From Candidatus Nomurabacteria bacterium GW2011_GWB1_43_19 (GTDB lineage Bacteria; Patescibacteriota; Minisyncoccia; Phycocordibacterales; UBA9973): DNA of 64,000 bases. The number at the start of each line of letters is the position of its first letter. The stretch's first letter is position 1. The notes under the pieces were generated by a model, which made no database searches, was not told the DNA's origin, and saw only the letters and a list, made by a program, of their open reading frames with translations. A program made the position numbers and the translations under genes. The stretch is taken from contig LCGB01000003.1 of NCBI GenBank assembly GCA_000999465.1, positions 4,252 through 68,251 of the forward strand, in the 5' to 3' direction. Below, piece after piece: positions 8,242 to 17,914 of the stretch.

Positions 8242-10542
8242 TTATTCAATTTTTTTAATTTTATGCGGATTATGCATTGGACAGCTTTTATTTGAGCAAC
8301 GTTCGGGAATTGTTTTTGTGCCTTCCATCATTAAACTGCCACATTTTTCGCATGTTCGGCCCGTCGGCTTGGCTTTGATTGCGAATTTACAGTCCGGATA
8401 GTTAGAGCAGGAATAAAAGATACCGAAACGTCCGCGCCGTTCGGAAATGTCGCCCTTCTTACATAAAGGGCAGGTGACACCAGTGCGTTTCCTCGCTTCC
8501 TCGGCCTCGTCTTTTTTTATGAATTTGCATTTCGGATAGCGCGAGCAAGCGATGAATGTGCCGGAGCCGTCACGCCTCTCTTTGATGACCAGCTTGCCGT
8601 GTTCCTTCTCCTTTTTTCCTCGCCTTGCCGAAGTCTCGGACGAAGGCAGGTCTCCGCACAAAGGGCACACCTCACCAGTTTCTTTGGGTCCCTCTAGTTC
8701 TTTTCCGTCCAGCATCAGCGCGCCGTCACAGTCGGGATATTTGGAGCAAGAGTAAAATTTTCCTCCGCGCGCAAGTTTGATTATCATCAAACTGCCGCAT
8801 TTTGGGCATTTGATGGTTTTTGGGGCGTCGCCCAGATTAGTCGCTTTTTCCAGTTTTTCTTTTGATTTAATGTCTTTGGAAAAAGGAATGTAAAAATCCT
8901 TCAGCGTTTTCTCGTATTCGCGTTCCCCGCGGGAAATTTCGTCAAGTTCGTCTTCCATTTCGGCGGTGAAAGTGTCGGAAATATAATTGGCAAAATGCTT
9001 TTCCAGAAAATCCGAGACCACTTCGCCGACATCAGTGGGAAATAATGTTTTGCTTTCTTTTTTTATATACCCGCGTTCTTCGATTGTCCGCATAATAGAC
9101 GCATAAGTGGAAGGCCGACCGATACCCCGCTGCTCAAGTTCTTTAATCAGTCCCGCTTCGCTGTATCTCTCCGGCGGTTCGGTAAATTTTTCCTCGCTGG
9201 AGAGACCAAGTAGTTTTAATTTTTCTCCCTCTTTACACAAAGGCAGTTCCACGTCATTCCCGCGGGCGCCTTGATCGACAGCCAGCCATCCCGGAAAAAG
9301 CAAGCGTGAGCCGTTGGCCCGGAAGTCCGGGATTTCCCCACATGTCAGACATGTGGGAACCACATGTCTGACATGTGGGAACTCAACACGGGCGGTAATT
9401 TTTGTCTTCAGCAGTTTCGCGTCGGCCATCTGCGAAGACACGGCGCGTTCCCAGATGAGGCGGTAGAGGTGGTCTTGATCGTCGTGGCTCGTGTGCAGTT
9501 TGTCTATATGGGTGGGCCGGATGGCTTCATGCGCTTCTTGGGCGTTTTTTGATTTTGTTTTGTAAATTCTTCCTTCGGCATATTCATTTCCGTATTCCTT
9601 TTTTACGAAAGACAAAATTTGGGCCCGCGCGGCGGCGGATAAATTGGTGCTGTCGGTTCTCATGTAAGTAATGTGTCCCGCCTCATAGAGTTTCTGAGCT
9701 ATCTGCATCGTGCGCGAAGGGGAGTAGCCCAGGCGCGAACTGGCGGTCTGCTGCAGAGTGGAAGTGGTGAAAGGCGCGCGCGGCGAATGTTTCTGTTCCG
9801 ATTCTTTGACTCCGCTTATCAGCCAGGCGCCGGATTTTCCCGCCTCCATTATTTTTTCTACCAGTTTTTCGTCCCGAGGTTCTTCCGAGCATTCTAGAGT
9901 AATTTTTTCTTCTCTTGCTGTTTCAAACAAGCCCAGAATTTTCCAGAATTTTTCCGGAATAAAAGCGCGGATTTCCCGCTCGCGTTCCATTATTATGCGG
10001 AGGGCAGGGGACTGGACTCGTCCGGCCGAGAGCCCGTACCTGACCTTTTTCCAGATAAGTCCCGAAAGGTCGTAGCCGACAAGGCGGTCAAGCACCCGGC
10101 GCGCCTCTTGCGCTTTGCGAAGAGCCGTATCAATTTTCCGCGGATGCTTTAACGCTTCTTCCACCGCTTCTTTGGTAACTTCATAAAAAGTCACCCGTTC
10201 TATCGGGGCCCTGATCTTTTTATCCTGCTTTAAGAGGGTTTCTATATGCCAAGCGATGGCTTCTCCTTCGCGGTCGGGATCGGTTGCCAGGATTATTTCA
10301 CCGGCTTTTTCGGCGAGCATTTGGAGTTCATGCACGATTTTTTCCTTGCCTCTCGAAATCTCATAATGTGGAATAAATCCGCCTTCTATGTCTATGGCTT
10401 TTTTGTTTGACTTCGGCAGGTCGCGGATGTGCCCGACGGATGCGCGCACGGTAAACTTGTCCGCTTTCAGGGCAGACCCGTCATTCAGATATTTTTCAAT
10501 AGTTTTCGCTTTCGACGGCGATTCCACAATCAATAACTTCAT
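8242..10542 (-). CDS. topA: DNA topoisomerase I with C-terminal multiple zinc ribbons
   Basis: Toprim N-terminus MKLLIVESPSKAKTIEKYL, active-site Tyr region GRPSTYAS and four C4 zinc-ribbon repeats. It carries an in-frame palindromic insert at 9334-9382. Confidence 0.95.
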   Translation of the reverse strand: MKLLIVESPSKAKTIEKYLNDGSALKADKFTVRASVGHIRDLPKSNKKAIDIEGGFIPHYEISRGKEKIVHELQMLAEKAGEIILATDPDREGEAIAWHIETLLKQDKKIRAPIERVTFYEVTKEAVEEALKHPRKIDTALRKAQEARRVLDRLVGYDLSGLIWKKVRYGLSAGRVQSPALRIIMEREREIRAFIPEKFWKILGLFETAREEKITLECSEEPRDEKLVEKIMEAGKSGAWLISGVKESEQKHSPRAPFTTSTLQQTASSRLGYSPSRTMQIAQKLYEAGHITYMRTDSTNLSAAARAQILSFVKKEYGNEYAEGRIYKTKSKNAQEAHEAIRPTHIDKLHTSHDDQDHLYRLIWERAVSSQMADAKLLKTKITARVEFPHVRHVVPTCLTCGEIPDFRANGSRLLFPGWLAVDQGARGNDVELPLCKEGEKLKLLGLSSEEKFTEPPERYSEAGLIKELEQRGIGRPSTYASIMRTIEERGYIKKESKTLFPTDVGEVVSDFLEKHFANYISDTFTAEMEDELDEISRGEREYEKTLKDFYIPFSKDIKSKEKLEKATNLGDAPKTIKCPKCGSLMIIKLARGGKFYSCSKYPDCDGALMLDGKELEGPKETGEVCPLCGDLPSSETSARRGKKEKEHGKLVIKERRDGSGTFIACSRYPKCKFIKKDEAEEARKRTGVTCPLCKKGDISERRGRFGIFYSCSNYPDCKFAIKAKPTGRTCEKCGSLMMEGTKTIPERCSNKSCPMHNPHKIKKIE
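9334..9382. repeat. Palindromic element, ATGTCWGACAT family, tandem pair inside topA CDS
   Basis: TTTCCCCACATGTCAGACATGTGGGAACCACATGTCTGACATGTGGGAA. In-frame in topA, where it translates as ...FPHVRHVVPTCLTCGEIP.... Confidence 0.8.
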
Positions 10543-10631
10543 GATAGTGTGCTAAGTATTACATGAAATAGTTTTTTAATGCAAATCCATCCTGCCACAA
10601 CGCCTCGCACCGTCGTGCTCCGGCCTTGCGA

Positions 10632-11495
10632 TTAGGTATTTAATCTAATCTCACCCAATTCTTCCTTAATAAGTTCTTTTATTTCCATCACCGAAAGGAG
10701 CGCGTTTGCCGTAGGGACAGGCATTTTCATCGCGCGAATCAGATCGTCGCGGGGAACCGGTTCACGCAGTAAATTAACCACCGTTTTTTCCTCCGGTGAT
10801 AAATCTAAAAACAATTTCGCCTGTTTCTTTTCATCCTTTTCCATTTCAAAACCAAGCGCCTCCAGGACTTCTTCCGCCGAAGTTACCGGAGTGGCGCCCT
10901 GACGGAGCAGCTTGTTTGTGCCTTTTGAATTGGGGGAGAAAATGGGCCCGGGCACTGCTAAGACATCCCGATTGTATTCCGTGGCCAAGCGGGCGGTTAT
11001 CAGAGTGCCGGATTTCTCGGCCGCTTCTATAATAAGCGTTGCTTTGGAAATTCCCGCCATTAATCTGTTACGCATCGGAAAGCTCCACAGTGTTGCCTTA
11101 AAATCAGGAGCAAATTCGGAAATCAGACAACTTCCGCTTTCTATCAACTCTTCTGCCAGCCGGAGATTGGTTTTAGGGTACATCGCTTCTTTGCCGAGCC
11201 CCGAACCGGGAAAAATCAGAGTTTTTAGTCCGACCGAGAGGGCCTTCCTGTGAGCGATAGCGTCAATGCCCATCGCCAGACCGGAAACTATTACAATCGG
11301 ATAGCCTTTTAGTCCGGCAATAATTTTTTCACAGGCTTCACGCCCGTAAGAAGTGAATTTTCGCGAGCCGACAACACAAAGGTGTATCAAATTTTCGGAA
11401 GGAAGTTCCCCAATAATCCAGAGCTCCTTGGGGGGCTGGGGTATTTCTAAAAGCGCTTTCGGGAACTTTTCTCTCGGCAGTTTCTCAATTTGCAT
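10632..11495 (-). CDS. dprA: DNA processing protein DprA/Smf
   Basis: Rossmann-like core VVGSRKFTSYGREACEKII...IVSGLAMGIDAIAH. Confidence 0.85.
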   Translation of the reverse strand: MQIEKLPREKFPKALLEIPQPPKELWIIGELPSENLIHLCVVGSRKFTSYGREACEKIIAGLKGYPIVIVSGLAMGIDAIAHRKALSVGLKTLIFPGSGLGKEAMYPKTNLRLAEELIESGSCLISEFAPDFKATLWSFPMRNRLMAGISKATLIIEAAEKSGTLITARLATEYNRDVLAVPGPIFSPNSKGTNKLLRQGATPVTSAEEVLEALGFEMEKDEKKQAKLFLDLSPEEKTVVNLLREPVPRDDLIRAMKMPVPTANALLSVMEIKELIKEELGEIRLNT

Positions 11496-11531
11496 TTTGT
11501 AATTATATTAATTTTATTATATAATCACAAT

Positions 11532-12797
11532 ATGCTGGACATTAAATTTATCCGTGAAAATAAGGATGTTGTGCAGTCGGGCGCCAAGAAGAAACACATT
11601 GATGTGGATATTGACGCGCTTATCGGGCTTGATGATGAGCGCTTGAAAATATTGAAGGAAGTGGAAGAATTGAGAAGCGAGGTAAATAGGGTATCGAACG
11701 ACATCGCTCGCGACCAAGACCCGGCGCTTAAAATCCAGTTGATTGAAGAAATGCGCGCGGTTAAAGAAGAGATTAAAGGTAAAGAAGAAAAGCTAAAGGC
11801 AATTATGGATGATTGGCGCAAGTTCATGCTGCAAGTTCCCAATGTGCCGGATATTTCCGTGCCCGAAGGCAATAGTGATGCTGATAATCAGGAAGTAAAA
11901 GTTTGGGGCGATAAACCAGCATTTAATTTTGAACCGAAAGATCATATTGAAATAATGACTGCGCTGAAAATGGCTGACTTTGAGAGAGGCACGAAGGTGC
12001 ACGGATTTCGGGGATATTTTTTAATCAACGACGGGGTCTTGTTGTCTTTTGCCATCTGGAATTACGCAATGGATTTTTTCAGAACCAAAGATTTTTCCCC
12101 GGTTATTCCACCCGTAATCGTCCGTAAAGATTCATTCGTGGGAACCGGATACCTTCCGCAAGGAGAAGAAGATTTATATAAAACACAGGGCGGGGAGTAT
12201 CTGGCCGGTACATCGGAAGTGCCGATTATGGCTATACATGCGGGAGAAATTTTGGACAAGAACTCTTTTCCATTTAAATATCTGGGGTTTTCTCCATGTT
12301 TTAGGCGGGAGGCCGGAAGTCACGGCAAGGACGTCAAAGGCCTTATTCGAGTAAATGAATTTTATAAAGTGGAACAGGTGGTTTTATGCGAAGCCAGCCA
12401 TGAAATTTCGGTAAAATTTCACGAGGAAATAAACAGAAACATGGAAGAATTTATAGAGTCGTTGAAGATTCCATACCATACCGTCATAAATTGCGGAGGC
12501 GATTTAGGATTAGGCCAAGTGAAAAAATATGACGTTGAACTTTGGGTACCGAAAGAAAATAAATATCGGGAAATAGGTTCAGCTTCGTATTTTCATGATT
12601 TTCAAACCAGGCGTTTCGGTATTCGCTATAAAGACGAGGAAGGAAAAATAAATTATGCGCATTCCATGAACGCCACAGCCATAGCCACACCCCGTATTCT
12701 TGTTTCTTTAATTGAGAATTGTCAGCAGGCGGACGGTTCCGTAAAAATTCCGGAAGTTTTGCGTCCATATATGGGCGGAAAGGAAGTAATCAAATAA
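11532..12797 (+). CDS. serS: Seryl-tRNA synthetase
   Basis: MLDIKFIRENKD N-terminus and class II aaRS motifs (FRREAGS, GSASYFHDFQTRR). The track ORF starts at TTG 11490; ATG 11532 is preferred, with TATAAT 7 nt upstream. Confidence 0.9.
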   Translation: MLDIKFIRENKDVVQSGAKKKHIDVDIDALIGLDDERLKILKEVEELRSEVNRVSNDIARDQDPALKIQLIEEMRAVKEEIKGKEEKLKAIMDDWRKFMLQVPNVPDISVPEGNSDADNQEVKVWGDKPAFNFEPKDHIEIMTALKMADFERGTKVHGFRGYFLINDGVLLSFAIWNYAMDFFRTKDFSPVIPPVIVRKDSFVGTGYLPQGEEDLYKTQGGEYLAGTSEVPIMAIHAGEILDKNSFPFKYLGFSPCFRREAGSHGKDVKGLIRVNEFYKVEQVVLCEASHEISVKFHEEINRNMEEFIESLKIPYHTVINCGGDLGLGQVKKYDVELWVPKENKYREIGSASYFHDFQTRRFGIRYKDEEGKINYAHSMNATAIATPRILVSLIENCQQADGSVKIPEVLRPYMGGKEVIK

Positions 12798-12801
12798 AAC
12801 T

Positions 12802-13656
12802 ATGAGAAAAAATGTTTTAAATTCCCCGCGCCTTTCGGAATTAAAAAAGCGCCGTCAAAGGGTTTTTTTTGCTAAGATTTTAATCTCCGGACTGGGATTA
12901 CTGGTGATCTTTTTTTTATTGGCATATCTTTCGCGCCTGGAAAGCCTCAATATCGGTGAAATAAAAGTTTCCGGAAACCAATTCTTGGAAACAGAGACGC
13001 TCCGGGTGGCGATAGAAACAGAATTGGCTGGAAAATACTTGTGGCTTTTTCCAAAAACCAATATATTGTATTACTCCAAGAATAGTATTAAAAAAGGGTT
13101 GCAGGACAGATTTAAAAGGATTGGCGACATGACTTTTTCGATTAATGATAATGAAACTCTTGAAATATCTCTGACGGAAAGAACACCAAAGTATATCTGG
13201 TGCGGCATAGAGCCCAAAGAGACACCGGGCAACAAATGTTATTTTATGGATAAAAATGGATATATTTTTGACGAAGCGCCGTATTTTTCCGGCGAAGTTT
13301 ATTTTAAATTTTATGGCCGGACGGATACAGGCGAACCCCTCGGGGCTTATTTTTTAAAACAAAATTTCCGGCAGCTGGTCTGGTTTAAGGATTTTATGAT
13401 TGAACTCGGAATGAAGCCCACCGTCATTTACGCTACGGGCGAAGGAGATATAGAGATTTTCCTTTCCCGGGGCGGGACGCCGGCCGCGGCCCCCAAAATA
13501 CTTCTTCAGGCGGATGCCGATTTCCAAAATGCGGCGGAAAACCTGGAAACGGCGCTCTCCATCGAACCCCTGCAGTCAAAATTTAAAAAAAATTATTCCT
13601 CCCTGCAATACATTGATCTGCGTTTTGAAAACCGAGTAATTTATAAATTTCAATGA
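12802..13656 (+). CDS. Cell division protein FtsQ/DivIB-like (POTRA domain, single N-terminal TM)
   Basis: A basic N-terminus and a TM helix, followed by a POTRA-like region (IGEIKVSGNQFL...). Weakly conserved. Confidence 0.6.
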   Translation: MRKNVLNSPRLSELKKRRQRVFFAKILISGLGLLVIFFLLAYLSRLESLNIGEIKVSGNQFLETETLRVAIETELAGKYLWLFPKTNILYYSKNSIKKGLQDRFKRIGDMTFSINDNETLEISLTERTPKYIWCGIEPKETPGNKCYFMDKNGYIFDEAPYFSGEVYFKFYGRTDTGEPLGAYFLKQNFRQLVWFKDFMIELGMKPTVIYATGEGDIEIFLSRGGTPAAAPKILLQADADFQNAAENLETALSIEPLQSKFKKNYSSLQYIDLRFENRVIYKFQ

Positions 13657-14858
13657 ATAATTTCGGATTTTGGGAGAAACTAAAAAAACCTATTTTTGCT
13701 TTGGCTCCGATGGCAAATATCACCGACTGCGCTTTCCGGCAAATAATCGCCAAATACGGAAAACCAAATGTATTTTATACAGAGTTCGTTTCAGCCGACG
13801 GCCTGGCGCACCCTGTGGCGCAGGAGAAACTTCTGGTAGATTTGAAATACGGGGAAAACGAGCATCCGATTGTGGCGCAAATTTTCGGCGGAAAATCGGA
13901 GAACATCAAAATTGCTTCCGCCTTGTGCAAGGAACTCGGCTTTGACGGTATAGACATCAATATGGGCTGTCCGGACAGGTCGGTGGAAAAACAATGCGCC
14001 GGGGCGGCGATGATGAAAAATCCGAAACTGGCGCGGGAGGTAATCCGCGCGGCGAAGGAAGGCGCGAGCGGATTGCCTATCTCGGTAAAAACTCGCATCG
14101 GTTACAACCCGCCTCCGCCCAAGGGCTTCGGACGGGCAGGTAAAAACGATTATTTATTGGATAAAGAATGGATAAAAACTTTACTTGAGGAGGACTTGGC
14201 GGCGCTTATCATCCATCTGCGCACCCGTAAGGAAATGTCGGATGCGCCCGCACACTGGGAACTGATGCCGCGGATAGTCGCAATCCGAAATGAAATGAGT
14301 AAGAAAACTTTAATTCTAGGCAACGGCGATGCCGTAGATACTGATGATGCCAGAAAAAAGTGCAAAAAATACGGCTGCGACGGGGTAATGCTCGGCCGAG
14401 CGATTTTCGGCAACCCGTGGCTATTTGCCAATTTGGCTCGTGTGAAACACGATTGCCAAATTGAGCATCCCGTTTCAGATTCGCTAGTAAAAAAATCACA
14501 AATTTTAAATAAATTTAAAAAAATATTTTCTCTCGCAACACAGAGCCGGAATAGTGCCGAGCGGAGCGAGTGTGTTGCTGTTAGTAAAAAAAGCGAATCT
14601 GGGGCTGGGATAAGTATTCAGAAAAAATTAAGCGTCATGGTAGAGCACACCAAACTTTTTGAGAAAATGTTTGTAAGCAACCCCCTTCGCCAAGGCTCCG
14701 GCAGGCCAAGCAAGAACTTTGCCGTGATGAAAAAGCATTACAAGGCGTACGTCAACGGCTTCAATGGCGCCAAGGAGCTCCGTATCAAACTAATGGAAGC
14801 CGACAACGCCGAACAGGTGGAAAAAATAACTAATGATTTTTTAGCAAAAATAGAGTAG
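13653..14858 (+). CDS. tRNA-dihydrouridine synthase (with ~50-aa internal/C-terminal insertion)
   Basis: ALAPMANITDCAFRQI, FGG...DGIDINMGCP, GNGD and GRAIFGNPWLF motifs. 401 aa. Confidence 0.85.
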   Translation: MNNFGFWEKLKKPIFALAPMANITDCAFRQIIAKYGKPNVFYTEFVSADGLAHPVAQEKLLVDLKYGENEHPIVAQIFGGKSENIKIASALCKELGFDGIDINMGCPDRSVEKQCAGAAMMKNPKLAREVIRAAKEGASGLPISVKTRIGYNPPPPKGFGRAGKNDYLLDKEWIKTLLEEDLAALIIHLRTRKEMSDAPAHWELMPRIVAIRNEMSKKTLILGNGDAVDTDDARKKCKKYGCDGVMLGRAIFGNPWLFANLARVKHDCQIEHPVSDSLVKKSQILNKFKKIFSLATQSRNSAERSECVAVSKKSESGAGISIQKKLSVMVEHTKLFEKMFVSNPLRQGSGRPSKNFAVMKKHYKAYVNGFNGAKELRIKLMEADNAEQVEKITNDFLAKIE

Positions 14859-14867
14859 AATAACCGC

Positions 14868-15905
14868 ATGCATGATTTAGCCCTATATAGAAAGTACCGG
14901 CCGAAAAACTTCAGGGAAGTCCTGGGACAGGATCACATCGTCAAGGTGCTGGAAAGTTCGGTGGACACCAATAAGGTCTCGCATGCCTATCTCTTCGTCG
15001 GTTCGCGCGGGACGGGTAAGACAACCGTCGCCCGTATTTTTGCCGCCGAAATCGGCGTATCTGCCAATGATATGTATGAAATTGACGCCGCTTCCAACCG
15101 CGGGATTGAGGATATTAAAGAATTGCGCGAGGGGGCGCGGGTCTTGCCCTTTGATTCAAAATTCAAGGTCTACATTATTGACGAGGTGCATATGCTCTCC
15201 AAGGATGCCTGGGGCGCATTATTGAGGATACTGGAAGAACCTCCGAAGCATGTGATTTTCATTTTGGCGACGACCGAATTCCATAAAGTGCCGGAAACCA
15301 TCATTTCCCGTTGCCAGGTTTTTACTTTCAAGAAGCCAACCGAAGCGGTTTTGCGCAATCTTCTCGGGAGCGTGGCGGAGAAGGAAGAGTTTGAACTGGA
15401 CGCCGGCTCAGCCGAACTCCTGGCGATTTTAGCCGACGGTTCCTTCCGCGACGCGCTGGGAGAACTGCAAAAAATCCTGAATTTCAGCAAAAATAAGAAA
15501 ATAAAAAGAGAGGATGTGGAAAAACTGACCGGCGCGCCGAAAGCGACCCTAGTCAACGATTACATCTCTGCCATCGCCGAGAACGACCTGGAGAAGGGGA
15601 TTAGCGCCGTCCGGGCGGCGGCGGAAACCAATCTGGATATGAAATTGTATTTCAAACTTATAATCCAGAAATTCCGTGCGGCCATCATCTTGCGCTACGC
15701 ACCGAAACTGAAAAATAAAATGACCGGGGACTTAGGCGAAGCCGATTTAAAGTTTTTGGAGGGTCTGGTTAAAGAAGATAAAGACGGCATGCTCCGCTCG
15801 CAGGCGCTGGCGACTCTCCTGGGGTCCTATCAGGACATGGACAACGCCTTTATCGCGGAACTACCGCTAGAACTTGCGCTAGTCCGTATAATAAGTAAGG
15901 AGTAA
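14868..15905 (+). CDS. dnaX: DNA polymerase III subunit gamma/tau (short form)
   Basis: YRPKNFREVLGQDHI, Walker A GSRGTGKTT, DEVHML and SRCQ motifs. 345 aa. Confidence 0.85.
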   Translation: MHDLALYRKYRPKNFREVLGQDHIVKVLESSVDTNKVSHAYLFVGSRGTGKTTVARIFAAEIGVSANDMYEIDAASNRGIEDIKELREGARVLPFDSKFKVYIIDEVHMLSKDAWGALLRILEEPPKHVIFILATTEFHKVPETIISRCQVFTFKKPTEAVLRNLLGSVAEKEEFELDAGSAELLAILADGSFRDALGELQKILNFSKNKKIKREDVEKLTGAPKATLVNDYISAIAENDLEKGISAVRAAAETNLDMKLYFKLIIQKFRAAIILRYAPKLKNKMTGDLGEADLKFLEGLVKEDKDGMLRSQALATLLGSYQDMDNAFIAELPLELALVRIISKE

Positions 15906-15919
15906 AATACTTAATTAAA

Positions 15920-16312
15920 TTATTCTTTGACTTCTTTAAAAGGATAGACACATGCGTGCATATGCCAGTGTTTAGGGTAAGTGCCCAGTGTTACAAAAAA
16001 ATCGTAATCTCTCTTCCACACCAAAGAATACTTTCTTAATAAAAATTCTTTGAAGGTTTTTCTCATCATTGCCAATAAATAGGGGCTTGGTTCTTTTATG
16101 TGATTATGAGCAGAAACCGAGAATCTCTTTTTTACCTTGAATTTTTTTCCTTTAATTTTAATAAAACAAATAGGGTTAAGAACAAAAAAACCGTACCTAT
16201 TTTCAAAAAGAAAAGTATTTCTGAGTAAATTCCTTCTTTCACATAAATCGCAATTTTTCTTCTTCATAATAAAACTCCACTGTATTATTTCATGGGGCGG
16301 GGAATAAAACAA
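15920..16312 (-). CDS. HIT (histidine triad) family protein
   Basis: CDLCE zinc-binding N-terminal region and the histidine triad HWHMH near the C-terminus. The true start may be the internal Met (MKKKNCD). Confidence 0.6.
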   Translation of the reverse strand: MFYSPPHEIIQWSFIMKKKNCDLCERRNLLRNTFLFENRYGFFVLNPICFIKIKGKKFKVKKRFSVSAHNHIKEPSPYLLAMMRKTFKEFLLRKYSLVWKRDYDFFVTLGTYPKHWHMHACVYPFKEVKE

Positions 16313-16327
16313 TTCAACCCTTCAACT

Positions 16328-16366
16328 TAATAGTATAATAGATACGGCCGCTACCATTATACTATT
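16328..16366. repeat. AT-flanked GCGGCCGC-core palindromic element (copy 1)
   Basis: AATAGTATAATAGATACGGCCGCTACCATTATACTATTA. Lies between the HIT gene and tRNA-Gln. Confidence 0.7.
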
Positions 16367-16449
16367 ACTAGCAAAATGCTGAATTATTCAAGAAAATATG
16401 TTAATCTGGAATTATCAAGTTTGAAAAGTAAATGATTTGTCCGTAAAGC

Positions 16450-16520
16450 TGGGAGATCGTCTAATGGTAGGACTCCTCCCTTTGAAGGAGGCTATTTTGG
16501 TTCGAATCCAAATCTCCCAG
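16450..16520 (+). tRNA. tRNA-Gln (anticodon TTG)
   Basis: TGGGAGATCGTCTAATGGTAGGACTCCTCCCTTTGAAGGAGGCTATTTGGTTCGAATCCAAATCTCCCAG. Anticodon loop CTTTGAA; T-loop TTCGAAT. Confidence 0.75.
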
Positions 16521-16735
16521 CTTTGCGGATGAGTTGAAACTGTGAATCTTAGTTCGCCTGCCCGAAATGAATTTCATTAAACTTTTATTTTTAGTTCAAC
16601 TACAAAAGATTATTAAATTCCGAAGCGTTGAAGAAGGATAAGTTTGGGGTATAATATGGGTGCTCCGTAGTCTTGACGAAGGACACCAAGTCTTCCAGCC
16701 AGGTTTAAAAACTATATTTTTGATATAATTGCATC

Positions 16736-17194
16736 ATGGATAATTTTTTGTCCAAAATTTTAGAAGCGATTAAAAAGTTGGGAATAAAACCTATTATTTA
16801 TGGTTCATTTGGAGTAGTTAATTATCTCGGAAATTTTAAAAAATTTGAAGACATAGATATTTTAATTGATGATGAGTTTGTAAATAAAAGATGGGAAGAA
16901 TTTAAAAAACTTCTTGAGGGTAGTAATTTTAATTTAGTTGATGAAAATGAACATGAATTTGAGTTGGATAATAAAAAAGTAGGATTTGCTTCAAAAAATA
17001 TATTAATAAGAGATAAAATAATAAATGATTACTCAGAATTAATTCAATACAAAAATACCAATGCTTTGACTTTAAAGCCAGAAGATTTTCTAGTAGCATA
17101 TAAATTTAGTATAAAAGATGGTTATCGTATTAATACGAGGGAAAAGAAAGATAAAGATATCATAAATATGTTAGAAGCTTATCTTGTTCGTTAA
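16736..17194 (+). CDS. Minimal nucleotidyltransferase, Lnu(A)/LinA-like architecture (possible lincosamide/antibiotic nucleotidyltransferase)
   Basis: IIYGSFGVVNYLGNFKKFEDIDILID resembles a Pol-beta-type NTase GS...[DE]x[DE] motif. The ~150-aa size and C-terminal region parallel Lnu(A). It sits in the AT-rich islet. Leaderless promoter TTTGATATAAT lies 6 nt upstream. Confidence 0.55.
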   Translation: MDNFLSKILEAIKKLGIKPIIYGSFGVVNYLGNFKKFEDIDILIDDEFVNKRWEEFKKLLEGSNFNLVDENEHEFELDNKKVGFASKNILIRDKIINDYSELIQYKNTNALTLKPEDFLVAYKFSIKDGYRINTREKKDKDIINMLEAYLVR

Positions 17195-17249
17195 ATAAGT
17201 TCAAACTTCGCACCACACGCCCAACCAATGAATTTGATATAATCTAAAC

Positions 17250-17720
17250 ATGAAAGAGTCTAAGAAAAACTTCCATAACGCCGAAATATTATCAGTGATT
17301 TCTCGTGCAGTTGAATGGGCGGAGAAACAAGCGGATAGAATACTAAAAGAGGGAGAACCACTAAATCCATCAGAGGTTGAACTCGCTAGAATAGCCGGGG
17401 TCCGATGCCCAGAAAGAGTACGCATTCTTAAGGTCTCAAACATGCCGACACCCGAGGACCCTAAGTTTGCTGAAGCAGCTAAAGCAAATGGTTTCCTTTG
17501 GGAACAGATAAAAGGGTTAACGCTAGGATACGGAATTTATATTATGGAAGAGTATAAATCAGCCCGATTGGTATCTCACGAACTTCGTCATGTTTTTCAA
17601 TTTGAGCAGACAGGGTCACTCTCTATCTTTTTGCAAAAATACCTCCAACAACTTATATCATTTGGGTATGACAATGCACCCTTTGAAATAGATGCCCGGA
17701 AACACGAACAAGGTCACTAA
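17250..17720 (+). CDS. DUF4157-like HExxH zinc-metallopeptidase-domain protein
   Basis: SHELRHVFQFEQ matches the HExxHxxQ signature of DUF4157. An identical TTTGATATAAT box lies 7 nt upstream of the ATG. Confidence 0.5.
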   Translation: MKESKKNFHNAEILSVISRAVEWAEKQADRILKEGEPLNPSEVELARIAGVRCPERVRILKVSNMPTPEDPKFAEAAKANGFLWEQIKGLTLGYGIYIMEEYKSARLVSHELRHVFQFEQTGSLSIFLQKYLQQLISFGYDNAPFEIDARKHEQGH

Positions 17721-17743
17721 ACTATATTAATACGGTTATTAAA

Positions 17744-17786
17744 TGTTATAAATTCTGCGATAGCAGAAATTGTAACAAAAAAATTA
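17744..17786 (+). promoter_or_regulatory. Conserved promoter/operator-like motif (copy 2), upstream of GNAT gene
   Basis: GTTATAAATTCTGCGATAGCAGAAATTGTAACAAAAAAATTA. Confidence 0.45.
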
Positions 17787-17914
17787 TGTTAAGAGTGCAA
17801 TGAACCAAGCATATGCCCCCAATTACTTACGAAGATTTTACAAAGGAAAATATACGTATTCGTATACGTATATGAGTACGTATCTAAATATTTTTTGGTA
17901 TAATCAATTCCACA

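Noticed and set aside
14440-14460. parS-like sequence CGTGTGAAACACG near the ParB locus
   Set aside because: It is not a true palindrome and does not match the parS consensus TGTTNCACGTGAAACA. It lies inside the dus coding sequence.
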